From Eledone cirrhosa (Eukaryota): a stretch of DNA of 64,000 nt. Of the stretch, positions 28,414-42,560 are shown one piece after another. Made by a program: the position numbers and the translations under genes. The stretch lies in contig OZ024741.1 of assembly GCA_964016885.1 (NCBI GenBank), positions 207,948,001 to 208,012,000 on the forward strand. The letters are read 5' to 3'. A model generated the notes under the pieces. It had not been told where the DNA came from. It saw nothing but the letters and a program-made list of their open reading frames with translations, and searched no databases. How positions within the stretch are numbered: the stretch's first letter is position 1; each line of letters begins with the position of its first letter.

Positions 28414-28981
28414 GATGATAATTCCTTCGTTGGTCTTAACTGAAAGTCATACTCATTAAATTCAGTATTCCACAGACACGTGTATCGTTAGGCTAATCCT
28501 CGGGTAGAATCAGTATGATACAATATGTGATAAGGCGGGGGACGTTTTAATTACAATTACAGTCGATTTGACAGTGTCCATCTCCCAATTTTATTGCCAA
28601 GTCTTGGATAGAACTGAAAACTATATAGTAAATGACCTTTGACCACGATGTCACACAATGGGAATCAGCTTGGGCTCTTGTGACTGAGAAGACAATCTCT
28701 TAGCCACTCAACCATGTATATGCTCAAGCATGGAAATATATACTTATGCCTCTCATATTTATGGTCTGTGGATGTATGCGCGTGTATATGGGTATGTGTC
28801 TGTGTGTGTGGATATGGTATGTTTGTATATAAGTATGTATGTATGTATTTGTGTGTATACGTTTATATGTATGTATATGTATGTATAGGCGTTCTTTATC
28901 CATAACCACATCCGTTCCGGAATAATATATCTTCCATCAACCTTTATACACACACACACACACATACACATGCACACACGC

Positions 28982-29024
<43 letters not shown>

Positions 29025-29457
29025 TACACACACACACACACCTACACACGTTTTGAACCACACACGCCCCCACATACTCTCCATTGAATCATCCACTCAT
29101 CCTTACCACCTATACTCACATCTGTCACTCGTACTACGAGCTCCCTATACATCTGGCTTTAATCCCCTCCCCCCATACACATGTATACTGTCCCTACCAC
29201 CACCCACCTATACCACCACACAAACGCACTACGATGATACCCCCCCCTCCTTATACACAACTACTAATATAATTCCTTCCTCAACACCTTTCTTTTTCTA
29301 AGTTAATCCATCAACCCTCACTGATACCTTGGACACTATAACAACACACCATTGTTTGGGAGACTTATCTCTCTCTCTCTCTCGCCAGCTCTCTGCCCCT
29401 CCCCCTCTCTCTCCCCAACATACACCCAATATCAAAGACGTTACACTCATGATCACT

Positions 29458-29884
29458 CTACCTAACTACCTACCTACCTACCTACCTATCTACGTATCTA
29501 CCTACCCACCTACCTACCTACCTACCTACCTACCTACCTACCTATCTACGTATCTACCTACCTACGTATCTACCTACCTACTACCAACCCACCTACCTAC
29601 CTACCTATCTACCTACCTACCGACTTACCTACCTACAGACTTACCTACCAACTACGTACCTACCTACCTACTACCTACCGACTCACCTAGCTACTTACCT
29701 ACCCACCCACCTACACTTATCTACCTATCTACCTACCTACCGACCGACCTACCTACTTACCTACCCAGCCACCTATCTACCTACCTACATATCTACCTAC
29801 CTACCTACCTACCTACTTATCTACCTACCCACCTAACCTACCTACCCACTTAACTTACCTACCCACCTATTATCTATCTACCTA
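29458..29884. repeat. Degenerate (CTAC)n microsatellite
   Basis: Direct reading; it explains the YLPT ORF. Confidence 0.95.
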
Positions 29885-30005
29885 TGTGTGCCAAATTTGT
29901 ATGCCAAAAATGGTTGAAATCGGCCTAGTACTTCAAAAGTTAAAAGGAGCCTAGTATTTGTACACAGACAGACACACACACCGACTTGCTTTTATATATA
30001 GAGAT
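29885..30005 (+). mobile_element. Helentron-associated (HINE/DINE-1-like) 3' end
   Basis: gtgtgccaaattt..ggttgaaatcggcc..acagacagacacacacac..cttttatatatagagat resembles the typical HINE terminus (recalled pattern). Confidence 0.45.
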
Positions 30006-30009
30006 TAGC

Positions 30010-31335
30010 ATAATTAGCAATTATTAATAGTCTCAAAATTGCAAAGATTGCAGTTTGGTGAAATCGAATGGTTTTTAAGTTTAACCCAAGAAATTGAGTA
30101 TTTCATATTTTTCTCTTTTAAAGACCATATTAATTGTGATAATGAGGTAGACATTTTTTTATCTGGATTAGAAAAGGAATGTTTATGATTGGAAAATCGA
30201 AGTTTAAAGTTCGATGAAGTTGCACCTATGTAGTTATAAGTAATATTATTATTTGTTTTAATGGTACATTTATAAACTAAATTCTTATCAAGGTAGTTAT
30301 TTTGTAAAGGGCATTCGGATTTCCTTCTACAGTTACAGTTCAATTTCATGTTATTTCTATAATCTAAACTGTTAATATTATCATTGTTAATATTTGTAGG
30401 TGTTCTACAATATGTGTTTAAATTATTGTTATTGTTATTCTCAATAACTATTGTATTATTATTATTACTATTGTTATTGTCGTTAATTATATGTTGGTTT
30501 GAATTAAGAATTCTGCTATTAATTTTTGCTATATGTTGAGCCATATTCATGGTTGTTGAGTACGAAAGTTTAACTGTGTGTCTATTGAAGATAGAGTAAT
30601 ACTTATGTGATTTAGGGAAACCTTTATCTAAGGTTTTGAAGAATAAATGTGCTAAAGGCCTTTTAATAGCTAAAGATGCTGGTGGGGCATACCAAATAAT
30701 AGATCTAGTTCTAATTTTTTTCTCCGATTTATTCTCCAAATTGTTTTTATTTATATTTATATTTTTACAGTCAGCTTTATTTATATTATTCCTATTATTA
30801 TGAATATTTTGTTTATAATTACTATTATTATTTTCTACATATTCAATATTATTGTTATATCCTGCTTTATGTAACGCTTCATTATAATATCCTGCTTTAT
30901 TATTAAAAATGGATTTGTTAGCAGATAATCTGGTTATACATTGTTGGACACTATTAACTATTGCATTTTTAACAGATTTAGGAAGAGTAGAATAAAAACT
31001 AACATAATTTAGGTTTTCATTGGGTTTATGGAAGGGGTAACATAGGCCTGAGTTTAAATTAAGGGTTACGTCTAAAAAGTTAACTATTTTATTGTTATTT
31101 TCTACTTCTAATTTCAGGTCGTAATTTTAAAAGAATTCTATGATTACTTTCTTTACTCTATTTAATTCACTATTTCTTTGTTTAACTACAGTAAATAAAG
31201 TCTCATCTCTATATTAACCACCGGTAATCTCCGGCAGTTTTCTATTTATTATATTAAGGATAAAATTTATCATATTAAGGATGAAAATTCACAGAAGATC
31301 GGTAACTTGCGCGGAATCGGACGATCCCATAGTAT
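30010..31335 (-). pseudogene. Naiad-type Penelope-like element remnant (RT motifs through GIY-YIG)
   Basis: MGSSDSAQVTDLL*..GG*YRDE (degenerate YRDD) upstream. ORF 30014-30739 has IIWYAPP..VKLSYSTT..CNCRRKSECPL..LVYKC..YIGAT..CNLC. Confidence 0.88.
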
Positions 31336-31618
31336 ACATATATATACATACAGAGAGAGAGGGTGAAAGAGAGAAAGTATGTCAGTAAGTGAATGAGTGA
31401 GTGAGTGAGAGAGATGATATGAAGAAGCACCATTAGATCCAGGATTCGATCGTATTGTCAAGTTCGTCAAATAGACTGTACATGTAATTCAAAGAACCAG
31501 CCTTTTCAAACAATGTAATGCTGATACTCTCTGGGAATTATATCAAAGTAAACATGTCTGTGGGTGTGGAATGCTCAGCCACTTCTCTTTCACAGACATG
31601 CTGAATTTAAAACTACAC

Positions 31619-31659
<41 letters not shown>

Positions 31660-31974
31660 TCAGTAATGTTGTTGTTGGTGTTGGTGATGGAGTACGTGAT
31701 TGTATGGTGTCAGTGATGCTGGTTTTATTTTGAAGACATTGTCATTGGTGGTATGAGTGTGATGGTATGGTGCCAGTGGTGGTGGTACTGGATGAGTGTA
31801 AAATTTATGTGTGTATGCATCTTAATTATAATTATTTAATTCCCATAATTACGTGTGAAAATGTGGCAGATTTTAAATATATATTTTGTTGATTTTGTTA
31901 TAGGTTTTGTTGTTGGGCTGTTGTTTGTTTTATTGGGGTTTAATGTAAAATATAAACAATGAACTTCATTTAGT

Positions 31975-32540
31975 ATACTCTTGGGTCTGCAATAACCGTC
32001 CCCCACCCGCTCTTATTCCACCCCCACCTCCCAGATTATTAAATTTTGCTAATCTATCTCCGGCGAAATTTTATTTTAAGTGGTAGCATTACCGCGACAA
32101 TTAATTTTCTGTATACATTCACCCTTTAGCATTTAAACCAGCCGTATCCGGCCAGAATTCTCTCACCTCTTTCTGTTCAAACTGGCTGCTACTGGCCGCT
32201 CATCCTGATGTTAAGTTATTGTTCTCAAAATCACACAGATTTGATATTATGCGAGATAATTATATGAGGTAAAGCCTTTACCATGAAATTATAATAGTAA
32301 ATATAGAGTAATGTAAATGCTAAAGGGTTAACACATTGTACATGACAAAAATTACCTTATTCGCTTACATGACAAAAAAGTACATTACTAGAAATCCCAC
32401 ACTTTATAACATAAATACGTAAACGAAATTACCAATTCTGTTTTGTTTTTTTTAATCAACGGAGGCAACCTAGAAAAATTATCGATTTTGTACTCCGTCG
32501 CTTATTTCATCCCCACCCCTATTATTTAGGACCCGAGTGT
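31975..32540. mobile_element. MITE-like DNA element with imperfect TIRs
   Basis: tactcttgggtctgcaataa ... ttatttaggacccgagtgta, with TA at both ends. Confidence 0.5.
32122..32327. mobile_element. Nested MITE with ccctttagcattta TIRs (piggyBac-like TTAA site)
   Basis: ccctttagcattta ... taaatgctaaaggg followed by ttaa; the left flank reads ttca. Confidence 0.7.
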
Positions 32541-32594
32541 ATATATATAATATAGACAGGCACATACACACATATATACACATATAAAAAACAT

Positions 32595-32890
32595 CAATCT
32601 GTCATCCCAGTTGATACGATCAGCGGCACAGTCTGCTAGTGAAATTAACGTGCACGTGCCTGAGCATTCCTCATGTACTCGTACATTTAACGTAGTTCTC
32701 AGGGAGATTCAGCATGACACAGAATGTGACAAGGCTGACCATTCGAATTACAGGTACAACTTATTTTTGCCAGCCGAGTAGACTGGCGCAACGTGAAATA
32801 AAGTGTCTAGCTGAAGGACACGACGCGCCGCCGGAAATCGAACTCACGACTTTTCTATCAGGGGCTGAATACCCTAACTACTCAACCCCG
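32595..32890 (-). mobile_element. Second tRNA-derived SINE family
   Basis: Minus strand: tagttagggtattc..gtgagttcgatttcc..tgtgtcctt..actttatttcacgttgc; related to 51457-51785. Confidence 0.75.
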
Positions 32891-32984
32891 TGTCTTCACA
32901 TAAACACATACATTCAAATACACACACACATGCACATACACACTCACATACACACGACAGGCGGTGGTGGTGATGGGGTAAGGA

Positions 32985-33500
32985 TAATGGTTTCTTATAT
33001 AGGCACAAGGCCAGCAATTTGGCGGGAGGGGAAAGTCGATTAAATCGACCCCAGTGCGTGACTGGTACTTTATTCTATCGACCCCGTAAGGATGAAAGGC
33101 AAAGTTAAGCACGGAGGGATTTGAACTCAGATCATAAAGGGTCGTAACTGGGAGTAAGGATAATGTTAATAGTTTCCTTATTTAATTGTTTCTACTTTTT
33201 GGCACAAGGCCAGCAATTACCCAGTGCATTACTGGTACTTTATTTTATCGACCCTGTAAGGATGAAAGGCAAAGTTAACCTCGGCGGGATTTTAACTCAA
33301 TTGATAATGATAATGATAATTGTTTCTACTTTAGGCACAAGGCCAGCAATTACCCAGTGCATTACTGGTACTTTATTTTATCGACCCCGTAAAGATGAAA
33401 GGCAAAGTCAACCTCGGCGGGATTTGAACTCAGATCGTAAAGGGACGTAACTATGCTGGAAAGCATGGCGTCCGACCCTCTACTGATACTGCCAATCCAA
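32985..33500 (-). mobile_element. Cluster of three OK-like SINE copies in tandem
   Basis: Three repeats of ggcacaaggccagcaatt..atcgaccccgtaaggatgaaaggcaaag. Confidence 0.85.
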
Positions 33501-34281
33501 TGATAATGATAATGATGAACAAGTATTGGAAGGGAATCCCCAGCTTCTGGGTCACGTGATAAGGTAGACAACGTTGTGACAAATCAAATGGTGTGCATAT
33601 GCATGTATGGGTGTATGTGTTTATGAATGTATGTGTATGAGTGGGTATTACGTGTGTATGCGTGGATCTCCCTATCTCTCACTCTCTTTGTCTATATATA
33701 TTCACATATATATGTATATATGTGTGAGTGTCCGTTATTTTTTCAACCAGTTAAATAACGAGATTGCAAATCAATCTGGCTTCTCGCTCCATTAGCGAAA
33801 CTGTTTAGGAAATTGTCGGTGGTGGTGGTGGTAGTAGGGAGGGAGCGTGGGGTGGAAGGGTGGAGGCTCCATGGGGGTGGAAGGATGGAGGGGCCGTGGA
33901 GGTTGAAGGGTGGAGGGGCCGTGGGGTGGAAGGGTGGAGGGGCCGTGGTGGTGTGATGATGATGATAATGATGGTGGTGGTGGTGGTGGTGGTAGTGGCG
34001 GTACGGGTGGTGTGAAACAGAGAGAGATCCGATAATAGTAACATGTGAATGTATCCGTATTAATGTATTTGTGTATACACGTACGTGTAGTTGTCTTCTT
34101 GAGAAACATGTATTGGAAAGGGAATTCCCAGTTTTATGATCACGTGACATAGCAGACGCCATTGTGACGAGACAACTGTTGTCTATGTACGTGTGTTTGT
34201 GTGTGCGTGTGTACTTGCGTGTGTGTAATTGTATGTGCGTGTGTACTTGCGTGTGTGTATTTGTATGAGTGTAAATACGAG

Positions 34282-34356
<75 letters not shown>

Positions 34357-34445
34357 ATAATAATAAATTTGAAGACTAAAATCCAAAGAGGGCTCGATAA
34401 GGATAAATATATATCAGATATATAAGAACCGTAAAGCAAATATTT

Positions 34446-34570
34446 ATTAAAATAACAGATTAAAATTTAAACAAAGAATCGCTGCTTTCACCTTTAACGG
34501 GATCTTCTGAAGATCCCGTTAAGGGTGAAATCAGCGATTATTTGCTTAAACTTTAATCTGTTATTTTAAT
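34446..34570. repeat. 125-bp palindrome centred on a hammerhead-like CTGAAGA
   Basis: Centre gatcttc-t-gaagatc; the right arm reads CTGAAGA-tccc-gttaa-gggt-GAAA; flanked by (AT)n. Confidence 0.8.
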
Positions 34571-34788
34571 ATATATATATATGTGTGTGTGTGTGTGCGT
34601 GCTTACGTGTATTGTGTGTGCGAGTGTGTCTATATGTGTCTGCGACTATATATGGGGCTGTGTATGCGTGTGTGCGTGTGTGTGTTATCTGTGTATATAT
34701 ATGTGTGTATGAACATATGTGTATGCGTGCTTGATTGCTGGACGAAAACGGAAAAACACTGAAAATACAAACACGCAACTCTTCATAC

Positions 34789-34824
<36 letters not shown>

Positions 34825-34848
34825 TTGCTACTACTACTACTACTACTA

Positions 34849-34881
<33 letters not shown>

Positions 34882-36454
34882 ATGCTGCTGCTACTACTAC
34901 TACATTATCATTCGTGTTATCACTAACAGCAACAAGAATCAGAGAAGCTCAACGAGAAAGCCTTTATGCAGTCACTTGACCTGCTAGAAATAACAGCCAA
35001 AACTCCCTCAAATCAACACTACAATCTTTAAAAAAAGTCATGGCTGGAACGTTTTTGGTCATAGATCTATTTGATTAAGACTGACCTGAGGTTAAACGTA
35101 ACAACAGTATCATGAGCGAATGAAAGCTCTTCAGTGCAGTACAGGGACCCCTGCTAGAAATAATAGCCAAATAATCCCCCTCTCACCAATCGCATATTGT
35201 CATTTGATTAGAACGTATGGCGGATTGCCTTGCGGTATTTGTTCTGGCTTTCTGAATTCTGAATTAAAATTCCACCGGAGTACACTTCGTCTCTCATTTT
35301 TTGTTTGGGGGGGGGGGGGGGGGGGGGAGTCCATAAAATAAAGACATAAAATAAAGGGCCGAGGATTGGCTGAGAATATTCCTTGCGGTATTTGTTCCGA
35401 CTTTTTACATTTTCTGTTTGCTTAGTTAAGGGGTTGAATTAATCCGTCGCTTGGTTTCACACCACCAACTGTCCCATCGATGACCTTAGCAGATTCTATT
35501 TTGTTTATGTGTATGTGTGTTATGTGCATGTGTATGTGTCTGTGTGTGTGGTGTGTATATGTGCGTGTTTCTGTGTGTGCGTGGTATGTGTGTGGTGTGT
35601 GAATGTGTGTGTTTGTGAGGCGTGTACGTATGTGTGTATGTGGTGTGTATATACGTGTTTGTGTGTGTATACGGTGTGCCTATGTGAATGTGTATGAGTG
35701 TGTATATGTGTGTGTGTGTGCGGTGTGTATATGTGTGTGTGTGCCTGTGTAAGTGGTGTGTATGGGTACACACTGCGTGTATGTGTATGTATATCTGTGT
35801 GTGTCGTGTATGTATATGTGTGGATACATATTGTGTGTATGTGTGTGTGTGTATGTGTTGGGGGGGACACATTCTAGACGTGCGGTCACGTAGGTATTTT
35901 ATCTGCTCCGGCGGGATTTGAGCGCAGAACGTCGAACAGTATTAGCTGAAGACCAAAACATCTGTGATGAAGTTGTTTTTCGTGTTGTTGTTTAGCCCAC
36001 GTCAACCCTGGACTGGTAGATCTATCATTAAAGATATTCCCGCCATGACCAGCCCATCGTTTTAGACATGTGTACTTAGATGACAACATTTATCCAATGA
36101 GCCCTTTCTCATTTAAGGTAGTAGGGTGTAATCAAATGAATTAAAAATTAAAAAAATTAAAAAGGCACAGAGTGGCATGCATGTGACAGAGATTACAAGG
36201 GAATAGTATAATAATTAAAGAGGCATTAAGGTAGAAAGTTACTTGTAAAACGAGGACACTAGCAGTACATAAGCAAGCGTGTGCCTTTTTAATTTTTAAT
36301 TTTTAATTTTAATTATTGTCCAATTCTCTTGTAATCTATATCGCATCCATTCCACTCTGTGAATACGAAACTGTTGTTGACAACATTAATATCCATGTAT
36401 CTATATGATTGTTCAGTGGAATAGGAGGTTAATTATATGTACAAACATTGCTAG

Positions 36455-36501
36455 TGCTCCGATGATACCAAACGAAAGTTTGGAGGAAAGGATTGTCAGC
36501 A
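36455..36501 (+). ncRNA. Type I hammerhead ribozyme, CCGATGA core variant
   Basis: tgct-CCGATGA-ta-ccaaac-gaaa-gtttgg-ag-GAAA-ggatt-GTC-agca, then AATAAA. Confidence 0.7.
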
Positions 36502-36665
36502 ATAAAATGATTTGAACATAGCTTTGATTATTGTGTAACTTATATTCCGGCTCTGTAAAACATCTCATGTTTTTACATTGAGCTATTTTTCTTACTGATA
36601 ATAAGGTAATAATAAATTACTGACCTTTTCTGTTTATAGTTGTATATAGTGTATACATAACTATA

Positions 36666-36707
<42 letters not shown>

Positions 36708-36768
36708 TATATGCAATAAAATCAAATTTAAATATTCTCTACATAAACGCAAGCACAAAAGCGCCCGT

Positions 36769-36769
<1 letters not shown>

Positions 36770-36826
<57 letters not shown>

Positions 36827-37582
36827 ACATACACACATACACACATACACACATACACACATACACACATACACACATACACACATACATACATACATAC
36901 ATACATACATACATACATACATACATACATACATACATACATACATACATACATACATACATACATACATACATACATACATACATACATACATACATAC
37001 ATACATACATACATACATACATACATACATACATACATACATACATACATACATACATACATACATACATACATACATACATACATACATACATACATAC
37101 ATACATACATACATACATACATACATACATACATACATACATACATACATACATACATACATACATACATACATACATACATACATACATACATACATAC
37201 ATACATACATACATACATACATACATACATACATACATACATACATACATACATACATACATACATACATACATACATACATACATACATACATACATAC
37301 ATACATACATACATACATACATACATACATACATACATACATACATACATACATACATACATACATACATACATACATACATACATACATACATACATAC
37401 ATACATACATACATACATACATACATACATACATACATACATACATACATACATACATACATACATACATACATACATACATACATACATACATACATAC
37501 ATACATACATACATACATACATACATACATACATACATACATACATACATACATACATACATACATACATACATACATACAT
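36770..37582. repeat. (CA)n grading into about 700 bp of perfect (ACAT)n
   Basis: Direct reading; it explains the MYVC and HTYI ORFs. Confidence 0.98.
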
Positions 37583-37749
37583 AGCATGCTACATATAAAA
37601 CATAAACAAAGCCAGCGGTGTATATACGACGGCGGCAGATGCTGTCATGCCTGTTGGCATCTTAGCTCGTATTCAACAATGAAGTTGATTTCTCTTGCCT
37701 TACTCTCATAACGTCTTACCGTAAATATTATACTAAAACATAGCCAAAA

Positions 37750-37796
<47 letters not shown>

Positions 37797-37829
37797 AATG
37801 AAAGGTATAGAAAACATTGTAGCAAAAAC

Positions 37830-37891
<62 letters not shown>

Positions 37892-38518
37892 GTGTGTGTG
37901 TGTGCTCTCTCTCTCTCTTTTTATATATATATCTGTTATCTGTGTGTGTGTGTTTGTATGTGCGTGTGTGTGTGCATACGTGCGTGTGTGTCTGCCTGTC
38001 TGTGTTGGGGGGGGGGCGTGTGTGCGTGTGTACTCAAGATCAGCTATAGAGGTACAGAATTCAAAGCGCTATATATATTAAAGTGTGCTTATTAATAGAA
38101 CTAGTACTTTATTTTATACATATATATATATATTGAGAAAGAAAATTGGAACTATATATATATATTTATACACTTATATATATACATACACACAGCATGC
38201 ACTTACATAAACACGGCCTGCCGGTTAGTTTGCAACGCACTCTATAACTATCATTCTCTCTCTCCCTATATATATATATGTGTGTGTGTGTTAGTGTGTG
38301 TATGTGATAGTGTTTTCTGAAATTGGCATAAAATTAAATATACCTAATATAATTTGGGACGCTCATGCTGCCAATAATTACACCTACTTATATGTTTCTG
38401 TTTATAATGGATATTTCCTTGTTGGGGAGTCTTCCGTGGTTTTCTAACATTGAATACCTAATTTAACTGAATATGTGTATGTACACATCCATTTGTTATC
38501 ACACACACAGCACGCACC

Positions 38519-38560
<42 letters not shown>

Positions 38561-38714
38561 CCGCCTATGGAAGCATCTTAGCTACATCAGACATATATAT
38601 ATATGTGTGTCTGAGGGTAGCTAAGATGCTTCCGTATGCCGGTTGAGCACTCTATTCTCTTACAGAGCAGAGTATGATAGAATAGAAAGCGAATATGCTC
38701 CGAAATCATTAGAC

Positions 38715-38790
38715 GTGTCCGTCGAACCTGCGGGTCCAGAATCAGACAGATCATGTCTCGAGCTGTCCGCCGGCGAAACAACTGTAACAC
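38715..38790 (+). ncRNA. Degenerate hammerhead with extended stem II
   Basis: gtgt-CCGTCGA-a-cctgcggg..agaca-gatca-tgtct..tccgccgg-c-GAAA-caactg-TA-acac, then AATAAA; two core deviations. Confidence 0.5.
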
Positions 38791-39115
38791 ACAATAAATT
38801 GAGTTCAGGTGCATCACTGATTTTTGGTTTTCTATTCTATATATATATATCATGAGTTAAGGCACTATTGATTTTTCCCTGGATTTCACTAAATTCTGTT
38901 GGATAAATCTATATCCTGATTCTTTTTGAATTGAGTTTGAATTATTTTTCCCACATCTTACGTTAACTATTTTTCCATTTTGACGCTATATATTATGGAA
39001 TACTGTTGGCTTCTTGCTACAATAATTTCTCTACTTTTCACTTCTGACAAACAAACAAACGCAGGAGTCAGTGGTACAGTGTTATTAGCTTCACGATTGG
39101 TGAGAATGAGGAGGG

Positions 39116-39155
39116 TTTTTACGACGTTTCCGACATAAGTCCTTCATCGGGAAAT
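39116..39155 (-). ncRNA. Minimal hammerhead, CCGATGA variant (weak stem I)
   Basis: Minus strand reads tttc-CCGATGA-ag-gac-ttat-gtc-g-GAAA-cgtcg-TA-aaaa. Confidence 0.55.
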
Positions 39156-39625
39156 GGAGGAGGACTCCGAAAGGAGGTAGAATATATATATATATATATA
39201 TAGACAGAGAGAGAGAGAGAGGGAGACACATTTCAGTAATTGGGCACTGCTCACAGCGTGTACGCCGATAATATCGATATTATACTTATTCTTAAATCAG
39301 GTACCTTATTCATCGATTTCTACTCTTTAATAGGTTAGCTATCATAAACGAACACCACTGGTTGTTAAATAGACATAAAGGTAGATATTGAACACAAACT
39401 CCAGTGCAAACACATATACATATCCCACGGGTGTTTTATTTTTTTTATTTCCTTTTTCATATTTTTCTGTATATTAAAACACTTACAAGGTATTGGTCGA
39501 CTCGGGTATAAGTTGATGACACCTGCCCAAAGCGTCATCCATGCAGTCTAACCAAACCTAAAAACACGTGGTTATGAATAGAACTTCTTAACTACACTCC
39601 TGTCGATGTGTGTGTGTACATATAT

Positions 39626-39860
39626 AGTATAAACAAAGTTTCATACACTCAACATGTATGTGCTAACCATTGGTTTCGGGGTCCAGCCATGGCCACCACT
39701 GTATATTGGCTCTTTTAAACTGGCTCTTCATTATATTAAAAATATTTTTGTCCTCGTACCCGAATGAAGGGCCAATTTAAAAGTGCCTCCTCCAATATAC
39801 AGGGTGGCCATGACCAGATCCCGAAACCAATGTTGAGTATATGAAACTTTGTTTTTACTA
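39626..39860. repeat. Imperfect head-to-head inverted repeat carrying the 3' half of an HHR-like motif
   Basis: 39626-39733 versus 39762-39860; the right arm contains ccc-GAAA-c-caat-GTT. Confidence 0.7.
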
Positions 39861-40296
39861 AATAATCTCTCTTCCAACAGAGCACTGCTTGCCTTGATCG
39901 TTCATCTACAGATTTCTACCAACGTATATATTAGAGAGGGTGTGGTAAGATACCAGGTGGACCATAACCCACCAGAGTACTCAATACTTGGGGTAGTAGA
40001 GTGGGTAATATGAAGATTCAGGACCCCGACGGCTGAGCTCCGGTCGTTTCGACAGCTATATCATATATATATATTCAAAATTACGCTATTCTCTCTCACT
40101 AAAATATACTCAGGTGTCTCTCTTTCTTTCTTTTTTTCCTTCGATATTATATATATATACTATCAAAAAGGAAATATATGTGTATGTGAGAATGAATGTA
40201 TGTATGTATATATATTTGTATGTATGCATGTAGCATCAACATTTATAGGAATACTAAGTTTTATAAAAGCAATATGCATATATAAAAACATTGCTT

Positions 40297-40356
<60 letters not shown>

Positions 40357-40515
40357 AATACGTATATATATATATGTATATATATATACGTATTGGTATA
40401 TATATATATGTATATATATATACCAATAAATATATAAACCAATACGTGCATATATATATATGTGTGCATGTACGTCTGTATACATATATGTATGTACGTA
40501 TACATACATACTTAC

Positions 40516-40638
<123 letters not shown>

Positions 40639-41196
40639 CATGTATGTGTATATGGATATATGTATGTGTGTGTATGCATTTGTATGTACATATACACACA
40701 TATATATGTGTGTGTATATATAGGAACGAGTGGGACCCCGACGGCTGAGCTCAAGAGGTTTCGACAGCTAATTCTGGACTGTATATATATGTATATATAT
40801 ATATATGAATTACTGTTGACTTCTTGCTCACATTGTACTGGGTAATTGCTGGCCATGTGCCAATAGTAGAAACAATTAATTTCTCTATTTTCATTTATAT
40901 ATATATATATGTATGTATGTATACACGCGTATTACTTGTCATCGACTCACGCTGGACTTGTATATAAACAAACAAAATGAATCTAATGCAGATAAACATA
41001 GAAGGGCAGAGAAAGAAAGGGCGAGAGTGAGTGAGGGGATTAATAAAAGATGGGGCAAAATTGAGAGTATTTTCTCCCCCCTCCCTCTCTCTCGCTAACT
41101 CTAGAAAGGAAGAAGGATAGATAGATAGACAGAAAGAAAAAAGTTAGCCAGATAGATAAGTAAATATATAGACAGATAGAGAAAGAAAGAAAGAAT

Positions 41197-41249
<53 letters not shown>

Positions 41250-42173
41250 ACAGTGCTTTCCTACCTGTCAACCATATATAGATATATATGAGGTGTCCAA
41301 AACAAACAGTGACTGTATCCGTATAAACAAACTTTAATCTAGGCATCGGATTAAACGACGGTGCCTACATAAGTACGTGTGTGTTCATGTGTCTGTGTCC
41401 ATGTGTCTTTGTGTGTCCGTATGACAATGTGTGTGTCCTCGTGTGTTAATGTGTGTGTATGTGTGTGTGTGTCCGTGTATTCATGTGTCTGCCTTCAAGT
41501 GTGTGTCCGTGTGTATCTGTCTTATGAGAGACAAACAAAGATAGTTTATAGCGTGGTTCCGTCTTAAACACTGACTTTCCAAAGCTTTCAGCTTTCGTTT
41601 TACATTTTGACTACACTGCTACTGCTGCTGTTGCTGGTGTTGCTGCTCTGGCAGCTGCTGCTGCTGTTGCTGTTGTTGCTGCTACTGGTGATGATGCTGG
41701 TCGCTGCCGGGCGTCATGTATAGTGATGGTAATGCGGTGGGCGAGGGGATGTTGACATATAGAGTTGGAGTAAGGGGGTGGTCGGTGATGATGGGGATTT
41801 GTTGTGAGGGGACGACGGCGGTAGATCAGAGATGTTTGTTGTAGAGAGGCGGTGTCGTTTGTTGAAGGAGGGGTGTTGTAGTGGCTGTATGGAAGAAATA
41901 ATAGAAGTATTAGAGGTGGTGGGGTGGGGTGACTGTGATGGTGTTAACGTTGTGCGTGGCGGCGGTGGGGTATTGGTGGTGGAGGAGTGCAGTGGCGGTG
42001 ATAGTGTACAGTAGCGGTGGTGGTTGTGGCTGCGGGGGTGATAGTCATGTTGTTGGTAGTGGTGGGTGTGGAAGTGTAGTAGTGGTGGTGACGGTGGTGG
42101 TGGCGGGGAAGAGAGTGGGTGCGCGGTTTTGTTAATTGTTAATGGGAGATGATAACAACAGTAAGAGAGGAAG

Positions 42174-42560
42174 GTGGTGGTGGTGGTGGTGTTCTTGATG
42201 GTGGTGGTGGTGGTGGTGGTGGTGGTGGTGGTGGTGGTGGTGGTTGTGGTGCTGGTGGTGGTGGTGGTGGTGGTTGTGGTGGTGGTGGTCGTGGTGGTGG
42301 TGGTGGTGGTGCTGGTGCTGGTGGTGGTGGTGGTGGTGGTGGTGGTGGTGGTGGTGGTGGTGGTGTTCTTGATGGTGGCGGTGGTGGTGGTGATGATGAT
42401 GGAGTTTGTAGTGCTTGTGGAGGTGGTGGTGGTTGTGGTGGTGATGGAGACGGTGATGGTGGTGGTGGTAGTAGTAGCGACGGTGGTTGTTGTGGTGGTG
42501 TTTGGTAATAATGGTGGTGGTGTTTTGTTGTTGTTGTTGTTGGTTGTGGTGGTGGTGGTT
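42174..42560. repeat. Degenerate (GGT)n trinucleotide repeat
   Basis: Direct reading; it gives the poly-P/G/V ORFs. Confidence 0.95.

Noticed and set aside
32985-33500. CRISPR-like regularly repeated units
   Set aside because: Tandem SINE copies in a eukaryotic context, with no repeat-spacer structure and no cas genes.
36573-37711. MYVC and HTYI repeat ORFs
   Set aside because: Translation of the (ACAT)n microsatellite.
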